Assembly: GCA_043228905.1 (NCBI GenBank)
Contig: JBHGNT010000001.1
Location: 32,674,001 to 32,738,000 of the forward strand
Direction of reading: 5' to 3'
Source: Azolla caroliniana
Taxonomy: Eukaryota; Plantae; Polypodiophyta
Length of the DNA stretch: 64,000 nt
Position numbers and translations under genes: made by a program
In this document: positions 53,650 to 64,000 of the stretch, in pieces
Position numbering within the stretch: position 1 is the stretch's first letter
Layout of the letters: every line of letters begins with the position of its first letter
Notes under the pieces: generated by a model
The model's database searches: none
What the model was told of the DNA's origin: nothing
The model's input: the letters and a program-made list of their open reading frames with translations, nothing else

Positions 53650-54540
53650 AAATGCTTGTAGAAGTTCCGTTTTTACAAATTGTGAGCATTGAACACAATA
53701 AAGGCACTACAATTGAGTACCATATCCAATGCAAATTTAGAAAAACTACAATGGAGATAAGATTGTGGACATTGTCTTTTGACATTTCCAAGTTACATGT
53801 GGCAACCCCCCCAAGCCATGGCTTGTGCACGCATATTTCCTTTGAGTCGTTGTATAAGATAGTATTTTACTACTCATCTTTCACATGCATGGAAGAGTAT
53901 GAATTTACACGAAAATATCACATTATCCTAATCGAATGCCTATGTGCCACATCTTCACGGGGTTCCAATAGGGTGCTTAGGTTGAAAATGGGTAAAGCCC
54001 CCCCATACATTTGTCAAAGGAGAACTTTGACACACAATCTTATCAACACAACCAACCATTATTGCCTCACAAATTTCGTCATCCGGTGGTTTTATGCTGC
54101 ATAAACACGAGTTCCCATCAAGGTGGTTTATCAAAGTCACAAGGACGAAGATACATTGGGTTACATGCATGTCTCGAATGCGGAGCCTGTGACGAAGCAC
54201 TCCACGGTCCAACGAATGATTTAGTGCAAGAAGAAGAAGAAGAAGAAAAAGCCCACTCAGGGGCAGTGAATGGCCCCCAAGCCTAAGCCAAACACCGAGG
54301 GTTTCAATGGTAGCAAGATAGGAAAGTTGCAAAGGGGGGGGGGGGGGAGTTTTGGTCCCTAGGGGAGCGAAGATTGGGTTCCCAGGGGCAGAAGCACGTG
54401 CGAGATAACCCTAATTCTATTGTATGAGGGTCTCAGTTGACGGGAGAAGCACGTGCGAGATAACCCTAATTCTATTGTATGAGGGACGTGGACTTGTAAG
54501 AAGGTCAAGTCTCCTCCAATCTTTCTACAAGAGAGATATT
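53650..54540 (+). mobile_element. Probable 3' end of a degenerate Ty3/gypsy LTR retrotransposon (pol tail, polypurine tract, start of LTR)
   Basis: Frameshifted coding-like sequence includes a weak chromodomain-like E-F..RWFIK..HWV stretch (about 54108-54163). It is followed by the purine tract AAAG(14)AG at 54331-54349 and then non-coding repeat-bearing DNA. Confidence 0.35.
54390..54485 (+). promoter_or_regulatory. Exact 41-bp direct repeat x2 carrying a G-box/BRRE (CACGTGCG) and telo-box-like TAACCCTAA upstream of SERK
   Basis: AGAAGCACGTGCGAGATAACCCTAATTCTATTGTATGAGGG occurs at 54390-54430 and 54445-54485. Confidence 0.55.
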
Positions 54541-54659
54541 TGGTCAAAGGTTGGAAATTTTTTTCCAGGGCAAATGATTACCGGAAACCGGACATGACCA
54601 AAAACCACGGTTTTGGGCCACCAGTGGAGAGCGTGCGTGGGTTGGGCAGAGAGCAGGTG

Positions 54660-54922
54660 GCAGAGAGCAGCAAGAGAGAGAGAAGAGAGAGAGAAGAGAG
54701 AGAGAGAGGGAAGAGAGAGGGAAGAGAGAGGGAAGAGAGAGAGAAGAGAGAGAGAGAAGAGAGAGGGAAGAGAGAGAGAGTAGATTTAGAGAGAGAGTGA
54801 GCAGAGCTACGAAAAGGTAGACTCTGTTCCTGAAGACAGAAAGAAGAGGGATAGCAGCTGGCGAGGAGAGAGACTCTGGTTTTCAGAGAGAGAATGAGAG
54901 AGTGAGAGAGCGCTCAGTTGCA

Positions 54923-54963
<41 letters not shown>

Positions 54964-55250
54964 TTTGAGCGAGTGGACTGTGAAGGAGACGAAAGAAAGA
55001 AAGAAGCAGAAGAAGGAAAAAGAAAGAGAAGGAAGAAGAAAAAAATAGCAGCTTCGAAAAGGAGGAGGAGAAGCAGAAGCAGAAGTAGAAGCAGAAGAAG
55101 AAGAAGAAGAAGAAGAAGAAGAAGAAGAAGAAGAAGAGGAGGAGGAAGATATTTCTCTTCTCTCTCTAGCGTAGATATGCCTTCCTCTTAAGCTTTGCTA
55201 CTCTGTTACTACCACTGCTACTACTAGAGAGAGAGAGAGAGAGAGAGGAC
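54660..55250 (+). repeat. Long GA/GAA polypurine microsatellite region (SERK promoter/5' UTR)
   Basis: (GA)n, (GAA)n and (AGAAGC)n tracts lie directly upstream of the SERK ATG. Confidence 0.85.
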
Positions 55251-55260
55251 ATCAGAGAGA

Positions 55261-58200
55261 ATGCTCCCAGGGAAAGCAGACGTTCGGCGTTTCCGCACCA
55301 TGCCGCTTTCATTCATCCTGTTTTTACAACTTCTCTTTCAGTTTTTTTACAGAGTCTCTTGCAACTCAGAAGGTAATGTCTGTCCGTCTGCCTCTTTCTA
55401 CATTCATTAAAATAGAATGTATGTTCCTCCAATGCTCGTTCTCTCCCTCTCTCGCTTCTTAAATTAGCTCCAGATCTGAGAAAATTTTAGGGTTACATTT
55501 TCCAAATGAAGGCATTTTGAATTCCCACCATTCTGGTATGGAAGTTTCTGACGTTTCTTTTTTGTTTTTTCAAAAAAACTTCTGATTTCATGTGAGTATG
55601 CTATCATGCATTAGCAACTGCTCAATGTCTATTGCAGTCTGGAAAACGAACATTTTGATATGGAAGTGTCAAGCCAGCCTTTGATTTTTTGCCTAAGAAC
55701 CCTAAAATATTTAGGATTTCAACATGAAAGGTTGAAGAGATTGTACGCCTGCAATGTACCATTTTCCCCCAGATGAATTCCTGTTCTTCAAACGCTCTGT
55801 TTGGCAATCTTTGCCACATTGTCCTCAATGATGCTTCCCTTGACAACTTTCAAATAGTCTTTGAGTGCTTTTGAGCACAGCATTGTATATTAGTACTTTT
55901 GTGGGTCTTTCCACCACCTCGAGTTTTCCCACTAGTAATATAAAGAGGTCCTGAAAAAAGAAGAGAAAGCACCTTTGCTGCTTAACTCCTTTCAATCTAA
56001 TGTTATATCTAAAAAAATACTTATCTGCCTTGATTTGCTTATCTGCTTGGATTGTTTATTCGGGTGGGTGAAAACAAAAGTTGTGAGCAAAGTTGATCAT
56101 GGTGCCAATTCCTTTGTCTGAGAGCTTGTATGATGATATTTTCAGTGTCTCTACATTTGTGATGAAGCAACACGAATGTGGTGACACCCCCCTCCCTCCC
56201 CCAAGACGTAGCTAATTGCATTATAGTCAACAAGACATCCAGGGTTTCCAGTCAGGCAATCTTCACATGCTTGCTGTGTCTCAATGGAGTATATCTATTC
56301 CTGCTTGGAGAAATGGTTGATGTTTTCAACCGTGTTCTCTAATATTTAGCTAATTAACAATTGGAAAAGTGGTTTCACTTGGTGTTTTATGCTCCAACGC
56401 AAAACCACATGTAAAAAGTGTATTGAAAATGGTTGAAATAGCGTGTAAGATATGTCAGCCAAACCTGCTCATACATTGTATCAACAAATTTGGATCAAAT
56501 AACATGTAACCGAAATTCGAAGGCCTTATAATTGATGTCATCTAAATGCCATACTTGATTTCTATGTAGCCATGGAGAAGTGATAAATAGGATTTTTATT
56601 TTGTATTTGTCAGTTATTTATTACAGAAAAAATGCATTGCAATGATTGATATTAATTCTTTACATGCAATGTAGGTGATGCATTGCATAATCTGAGGCAA
56701 GCTCTTGATGATCCGAGCAATGTGCTTCAGAGTTGGGATCCTACTCTTGTGAATCCATGCACGTGGTTCCATGTAACTTGCAATACCAATAACAATGTTA
56801 TCAGAGTGTAAGTACCTTTCTTATAATGGCATATATCATTGCTGAAAACCGAGATGCCACTTATTCTGTTATTCTTCTCCATGAACAGTGACCTTGGAAA
56901 TGCTCAATTATCAGGCAACTTAGTATCTGATCTGGGTGATCTTACATTTCTTCAATACCTGTAAGTTGTATATACTAAGAACTCTGGCTAACTAAGTTCT
57001 ATTAAACCCCATCCATGGTGTGCAGTCCAGTAGCTATTAGTATTTATGTTTACTTAATGAGGGCACCATTTCCATTTGCTGCATTGATGTCTATCTATCG
57101 ACCTACGGCTTATAAGTTATCAAACCACAACATATATAGCACAGTATAATAATGGCACAAATTTTGAAACTTCAAAATATGTAGTGCAGTGTATAGAATG
57201 GGAAAGTGGAAAAACAAGCTTGATCCGTCATGAGGGTTTCAAAGTTTTGACAAGTTGGAAGCTGTGAGAAATTTGGGGTCGTTTTTATATAGTGTGAAAA
57301 CATACCTACTAATGGTCAAGGACAGCATATATAGTGACTTATCATAACAGAAAAATTGGAGAGTTCAACATATATACTGATGCTTGTATTGCAGAGAGAA
57401 ACAGAAAATAAGGAAAGGTAAGAAACAAACAACTCCTATTTACATCAGGGAAACCCCTTAAAGGGTATGTGAACAATGAATGGATACAATATAACCATTA
57501 TGATTCCGCTCATGGGGTGAACGTAGGCACTACCTATGCAAACATAAATATTATTTTAATAAACGATAGTTATAGTGTGTTATGTGACAGATCTTAAAGA
57601 CCGATAAATAGTATTTTTTTCTATAAGTTTGTCCCATCACGTAAGTTTTCACTTGGTTTAGGCTTAAGAAAGTCTCGAAATATTGCAAGGAGAGAAGAGA
57701 TAGAGAGATTTGTGTATCCTAATATATTTTGCAGGGAGCTGTATAGCAATAATATTAGTGGAGAAATCCCAAAAGAGCTGGGTAACTTGTCTGATCTAGT
57801 CAGCCTTGACTTGTATCAAAACAAGTTCTCTGGACAAATACCTGATACATTGGGAAAGCTAAACCATCTCCGTTTTCTGTAAGAAATGCTTTCTTAACTG
57901 AAACAACTTCTCAAAGCTCTACTGTTGGCTAACAACTTAATAATCCAAATCCAACCTTGGTTTTCTGTTTATATGCTTGTACAGGAGATTGAACAACAAT
58001 ACCTTGACAGGCCAAATTCCTTTATCATTGACTGGTGTTACTGCTCTTCAAGTACTGTAAGTACCCAAGACCGTGTAAACACTATATTTTAAACCTTAAA
58101 ACCCTAAATTAGCTCACGAGCACTACACTAATATTATTGAAGTTCTTGAAAGTTTGAATGCATGCATGCGTATGTACGTGTGTGTGTGTGTGTTTGTGGT

Positions 58201-61058
58201 CCAATAATTGTATTTTGGAATGCTATATTCATGATTGAGTAGTTCTTTTCCTCTGCATATCGTGTATGTTTTATTTATTTTGAAGCTGGTTTCAGTGATC
58301 TCTCCAACAACAATTTATCTGGCTCTGTTCCTACAAATGGCTCCTTTTCTCTTTTCACTCCAATCAGGTACACTTTTCTAGCTTAATCTGACATTGGCTT
58401 AAGTTAGTGTAATTCATATTCAGTAGTCACTCATTGGAATAGTTCATGCGTGTATATGGCAGTTATCTAACTCTTCTAATATCGATTGCGTATGGAAGTT
58501 GTGTAACGCTTAATGAATGAATTTGTGTGAATGGCAGTTTTGCTGGCAACAGCCTCCTTTGTGGGTCTGTAGTGGGTAAACCATGTCCCGGCCAACCGCC
58601 ATTTCCTCCTCCACCGCCATTTCAACCACCTCCGAGCCCTTCCAATGAACAGAATAATGGTGATTATAAGTAGACCCAGCATCTGTATTGTTTTCTGTTT
58701 GGCAACTTAGTAATGTATGTGGACTCATGAGGGGTTACCTCATATTCGTCATTTTTTCACACAATTTTATACATGCTAAATCTCTTATAGGGGACATTCT
58801 GGGGATGCCATTTTTTGCTAAGTTTTCAGCTTAAAATCTTGATATGATTAAGTCATTGAGGGCTCATTGCAGGGTTTTCATGAATTGTTTCCAACCTTTC
58901 GGCCAAAAATTAGCATGTGATTCAATTTCTTGACCTAATTATGATGCAGGAAAACAATCTAGTTCAAGTACAGGTGCCATAGCAGGTGGAGTTGCTGCTG
59001 GAGCTGCATTGATTTTTGCTGTTCCTGCAATTGGATTTGCATGGTGGCGAAGACGAAGGCCTCAGGAACACTTCTTCGATGTGCCAGGTACAAAGCACCC
59101 ACCTCACTGGTGCATGGTGTATGGAAATCGCACATACTTACTCATATAATATTTTTCGAGCAATCTAAGGAAGAGATTCAACAATGTACTTAATATTAAT
59201 GAAGATGGAGACAAATTCATACTATATTGCATCTCACAAGTAGTTACATTCCCAGCATTATTTAGTCACGAGGAATATGGCACATCAAGATAAACTTGTG
59301 GGATATTGCATCTGGCAATGAGTTACATTTCCAGCAATATAAATTTGTTCTTCCTCGAACTTGCTAATGACTTCATAAGAATGGGAATTTTTAACATTAG
59401 AAACCTGTCCACCACTTAATTGTAGTGATAATGAAGTCATCACTAACTGAAGTTTTAAAACATAGCTCTAAAGGTTTTTTCTAATGTTAAAAATTCCTTG
59501 GAAATCAAAATGCATAAGATTGTCAGCTAGCTACTTAAGGGACAGCACATCCATCCATCCATACCCACACGTGCGTACGTACATGCATGCATGCAGATAC
59601 GGTTTTTTTTTTCTGTTTTATGCGCAGCTGAAGAAGATCCTGAAGTGCACTTGGGGCAGTTGAAACGGTTCTCATTACGGGAGCTTCAAGTGGCTACAGA
59701 TAATTTCAATAACAGAAACATATTAGGTAGAGGTGGGTTTGGTAAAGTATATAAAGGGCGTCTCGCCGACGGCACCCTGGTTGCTGTGAAGAGGTTAAAA
59801 GAGGAGCGTAGTCCAGGTGGGGAATTGCAGTTTCAGACTGAAGTGGAAATGATAAGCATGGCAGTCCACAGGAACCTTCTCAGATTAAGAGGCTTTTGTA
59901 TGACTCCAACAGAGAGGCTTCTTGTCTATCCCTATATGCCAAACGGAAGTGTATCTTCACGGTTGCGAGGTAAGAACTTTCCATTCTCTCAATTTGCAGC
60001 ATATGACTTCATTGGTGGTAAAACTCAGGGCATTTTTATGTTGGGCTACTCACCCTCTACAATGTGTAAAAATAGCACAAATAAATGATATTTGAACTTC
60101 ATTGGTAATGAAATCTTTTTTAACGTGCTAGTTTTTATTTTTATTTTTATGTTAAGAATTGACTTGTGGATTTATAAGTACTTTGCAGACAGGAATCCTG
60201 GAGAGTCGCCGTTGAATTGGCCAACCCGAAAGACAATAGCGCTAGGTTCGGCCAGGGGTCTTTCATACCTACATGATCATTGCGATCCGAAAATTATTCA
60301 TCGAGATGTGAAGGCTGCCAACATTCTTTTAGATGAAGAATTTGAGGCTGTTGTTGGAGATTTCGGGCTTGCGAAACTCATGGATTATAAGGATACACAT
60401 GTAACAACAGCAGTGCGTGGTACCATTGGTCACATTGCACCTGAGTATCTCTCGACAGGAAAGTCATCAGAGAAAACTGATGTGTTTGGATTTGGAATTA
60501 TGTTATTGGAGCTTATCACTGGACAACGGGCATTTGACCTTGCTCGCCTTGCGAATGACGATGATGTCATGCTTCTGGACTGGGTATGCTTATATGTTAT
60601 TCACATCATATCATACACACTCTAATAGAAGTGTTTGCTCTATCTAACTCTTGAAAAATTTAAGTAGTTTTATATCATTTTTTGATATACCAGTAGTGCT
60701 GCACCATACCTGCCCATTTGATATTTGCTGCTTTGGAATATAGGTTAAAGGTTTGCTTCGAGAACGGAAAATTGATATGCTTGTGGATCCTGACTTGAAG
60801 TCAAATTATGAGACGCATGAAGTCGAACAATTAATTCAGGTTGCCTTGCTTTGCACACAAAGTTCACCTATGGATAGACCTAAAATGTCAGAAGTTGTCC
60901 GAATGCTTGAAGGTGATGGTTTGGCTGAGAGGTGGGAAGAATGGCAAAAGGTAGAAGTTGTGCGTAGTCAAGAGGTTGAACTCATTCCTCATAGAAGTGA
61001 TTGGATAGTGGACTCTGTTGATAATCTTCATGCAGTAGAACTATCTGGTCCGAGATAG
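55261..61058 (+). CDS. SERK: Somatic embryogenesis receptor kinase (SERK/BAK1-type LRR-RLK II); 11 exons: 55261-55372, 56675-56807, 56889-56960, 57735-57878, 57985-58056, 58296-58367, 58538-58659, 58950-59087, 59628-59969, 60189-60583, 60744-61058
   Basis: Signal peptide..[26 protein letters not shown], then 72/144-nt LRR exons and a Pro-rich juxtamembrane motif. The TM reads [18 protein letters not shown], the kinase has [21 protein letters not shown], and the C-terminus is HAVELSGPR*. Exon sizes 133/72/144/72/72/342/395 match the SERK architecture. Confidence 0.97.
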
Positions 61059-62573
61059 TGTAGTGCAATATCCCATTTATCATTAATTTTATGTATTCTT
61101 GTTAAGAAAATATCGGATGCCTATTCCCTTCATTAACTCCTTCGTGCTGTATATTGAGCTCAGATACTACATTGGGAAGTGAGGGTTATTGCACATTGTT
61201 GCTTCAACACATGCATAGTAAAAGCTGCAAACACGTTGTAAAAAAATTCTTGGGGAGCTTTGTAGTGGGAATGGGTGAACGCAATTGACTTTGGATTGCC
61301 AAATTCCATTGAAAGGCTTTCCAATTGCTAAAAGTTTTTGTTCATTGTAGTTCCTCCTTTATGTTGTGTATCTCTAGCACAGAATGTACTACTGAAGACA
61401 AAAGCGTGAGCAAATTTGTTCAAGTGACGTGTTTGTTCTTCTGGTAATTATGTGTTGCTATGGTTATAGAGATTGTTTAACAGGTTAATCTTGTTTCAAC
61501 ATTCATTTCCTTGGTTATTTTCCGATCTTGTGGAGAATTTTATTTTATTGAATGAATTGAGCTTTTTTCCTTCCATCAGTCTTATGATAAAACATCATGT
61601 TGCTAATGGATCTAGCATCGATTATGCCTGTCTTTTTCCTAGATTACATGCTCCTCCCAATTGCTCAGTACCTGATTCATATCTAAGGCATGCACAGCAT
61701 CATATTTTCATCTGAATATTTGAGCATAGTGCTGGCTTGTCAAGGTTGTGCATGATGGCATTCTCTAGCATACTGACAGTATCAAATTCTATGAATTTAT
61801 AATATCTGGAAGAAAATTCTATCAAACCCAATGAAAATCTTCAAAGATGTTGAATTTACAAATGTTATCATTTTTGCTTTACGCTCAATTACATACTCTT
61901 ACTATATCTCTTTTGTAGTTGGCAAATGCCATAAGCTTGCATCCATGCCATAATACATTAATGGTTGTTTCCCTATGTATTCCAAATACAACATATAAGA
62001 ACATGTACAAAATGGCTCAAAAATGCACTTTGAGATGGGGTGTATCTTATGACACAATCTGATTCTGTTTAAATATAAACTAAAAACAGAGGGATTACAA
62101 TTGGGGAGTTTCCCCACTTGTGCTTTCAGCACGAAATGCATAATTGTTTTAGAAAGAGAAAAAAGAAGAAAAACCTAATTGAAAACCTAAGGAGATCCTA
62201 AACTTGTATGTTTTGTTTGTATGGTTGAGAAATGCTGTATATTTTATCTTCACATGGCTTCACTTTATTTCTGGTTATGATTTCCAAAGAGAAAATGTGA
62301 AAGAATGATGCCTAAAGAATGAATGATATGCTGGTTTTCCACTATTACCTGTGCCCTGAAAAAAATCATATATATGTTGATCCGAAAAAACGAATCATAT
62401 ATATATTGATCCTCTCTCAAAATGGCCCTCATTAGGCCCCTATTCCTTCTATAAAACAACCCAGCTTCTTTTTCTAGAAACTGTTAATACCTGATTCTAT
62501 ACAAGAAATATAGCCTTCGGGTGTGTTAAACTATATGATCACTTTCTCTTTTCAAAGCTTGCGCCTTGTACAA

Positions 62574-63938
62574 TCATGTGGACGTTAAGGCAGAGTTATG
62601 ATCATGCCTCTGCTTCCATCTCACAAGACATTCGAGAAACTCTAAAACCTGCAAGAATAACAATGGGTTTAACACAGGGCAACACATGTACTAATGAGCA
62701 ATTAGCTTCTAATGAAACTTTGTTCTTTCATATAAGCTACACACTCTAAGCATCCACAAGGATGCCAGATTAGGGTTTAGGGTTGTATATGTTCATTCAT
62801 ATATGTTGTAACTTCATACATGCTAAGTCACCATCGAGATGGAAGATAAACAAAAATCAAGACAGCATGAGTACAGGAACACCGCTAACCTCTGAAGGAT
62901 CACGTAAGCTGCTCAAAGCATTTGTTTCTTTGGCTGACGTTGAAACTAGGATTCCAAGTCCACTTGTATGGTTCAGTACCTTCAGTCCAATAGGAAAATT
63001 CAAAATGACTTGTTAGTTGTAGATCCGTAACTTCGTCCTCAGAATATTCAGTAATGAATTCAATTGACAGGAGACTAACAAAAATTACTTACTTTAAATG
63101 CATCTTCATCCGTGCGATCATCCCCAATATAGATAGGGAAAATATCTGTTCGGTCTCCTAAACCTAAATTAGAGGATGTTTTTGTTGAGCACCTTTGATC
63201 ACTATTCAATCTTTTGGCATACATTTGCTTTAAAAAAGAGTTTTTATTACTCAATGTTTACCTAGAGCATTCAGTATAAACTCCAAAGCTTTTCCTTTGT
63301 CCCAAGCAATGGATGGCCGAATTTCCAAAACCTGCAAAATTGTGCCAATATTAAAGAAAGAAGGCAATAGTCATATGCGCACATATAACAACACTGTTCA
63401 TTTCATATATTTTACCTTTCGGCCTTGTGTTAAACGTAAAGTGGGAAATGACTGCATCACTTCCTGAACTTCCTTTGCAAGAGCATGCCAATCCTATGAA
63501 AATATTGGCTTAATGTTTAGTGGATTTACAAAAAGAAAGAAACTCATAAGAAACCTTATATTATAGAAATTGATACAATGTACATTTGATGCTAGCCCCT
63601 AATCAAAAACTTTAAAACTTGGATATATCACCAGTTTTTTAGAGTTTGAAAAACCATACCTCTTCTTCCACACATCGGAAGTGCACAGAAACACAAAATT
63701 TGTTGTTCTCAATCTTTGCTCCATTGACATGTTTAACAATACCTTGAAGAATTTCAAACACCTACAATGATGATAATGCCAACATCAATATACATATATG
63801 TATACTAACTAACAAACCTCACATCCATCTGCACATATGCATTACATAACACACAAATATCTTACTTCATATGTGTAGGCTTACCTCATCCATTGTAGGT
63901 TTGAACTCCCTAGCAGGTTGAAAAAGCACATCATTCCC
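62574..63938 (-). CDS. TPP: Trehalose-6-phosphate phosphatase (HAD family), 3' part; exons 63938-63885, 63761-63660, 63493-63416, 63331-63262, 63163-63093, 62979-62890, 62648-62574; 5' exons lie beyond the window end
   Basis: Spliced translation: VLFQPAREF/..[20 protein letters not shown]/..[26 protein letters not shown]/..[15 protein letters not shown]/..GLGILVS..KETNA..LRDPSE/VLEFL..W*. These are diagnostic TPP motifs. Confidence 0.95.
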
Positions 63939-64000
63939 CTGCAAAACCACTTCTCTAATTATAAATAGTACAAGAACTTGCATTCAATTTTTTTATTTCC

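Noticed and set aside
54540-55191. RE-rich and RS/poly-Arg ORFs resembling SR or protamine-like proteins
   Set aside because: These are translations of (GA)n/(GAA)n microsatellites with non-ATG starts in the SERK leader.
62770-62784. Interstitial telomeric repeat TTAGGGTTTAGGGTT in a TPP intron
   Set aside because: Only two units, compatible with chance or a common telo-box.

Overview
Eukaryotic, intron-containing land-plant genomic DNA. It is most likely a fern, inferred from extended 'LL'-type PLS-PPR motifs; the compact gene spacing would fit a small-genome fern. By hand-splicing GT-AG introns I can support ten protein-coding genes, in order: (1) PP2C phosphatase, 5' part (-); (2) short membrane-anchored glucosidase II beta-like protein (+); (3) plastid-type LMW-PTP-fold protein whose catalytic Cys is replaced by Ser (-); (4) HUA2/HULK-like PWWP-CID protein (-); (5) PLS-E PPR protein (+); (6) HOZ/HugZ-like heme-binding split-barrel protein (-); (7) EngB/YihA GTPase (-); (8) second PLS-E PPR protein (+); (9) canonical 11-exon SERK/BAK1-type LRR receptor kinase (+); (10) trehalose-6-phosphate phosphatase, 3' part (-). 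Intergenic and intronic DNA holds a hAT-type element with TIRs and an 8-bp TSD, a Mutator-like relic with an internal coding-like tandem repeat, two MITEs, a probable Ty3/gypsy end abutting the SERK promoter, and many short tandem duplications, several of which copy exon ends with their splice sites. The strongest novelty candidate is the intact 7-exon LMW-PTP pseudophosphatase (VLFLSEGNVCRS), which the ORF track almost entirely misses. I could not support any rRNA, tRNA or CRISPR array.
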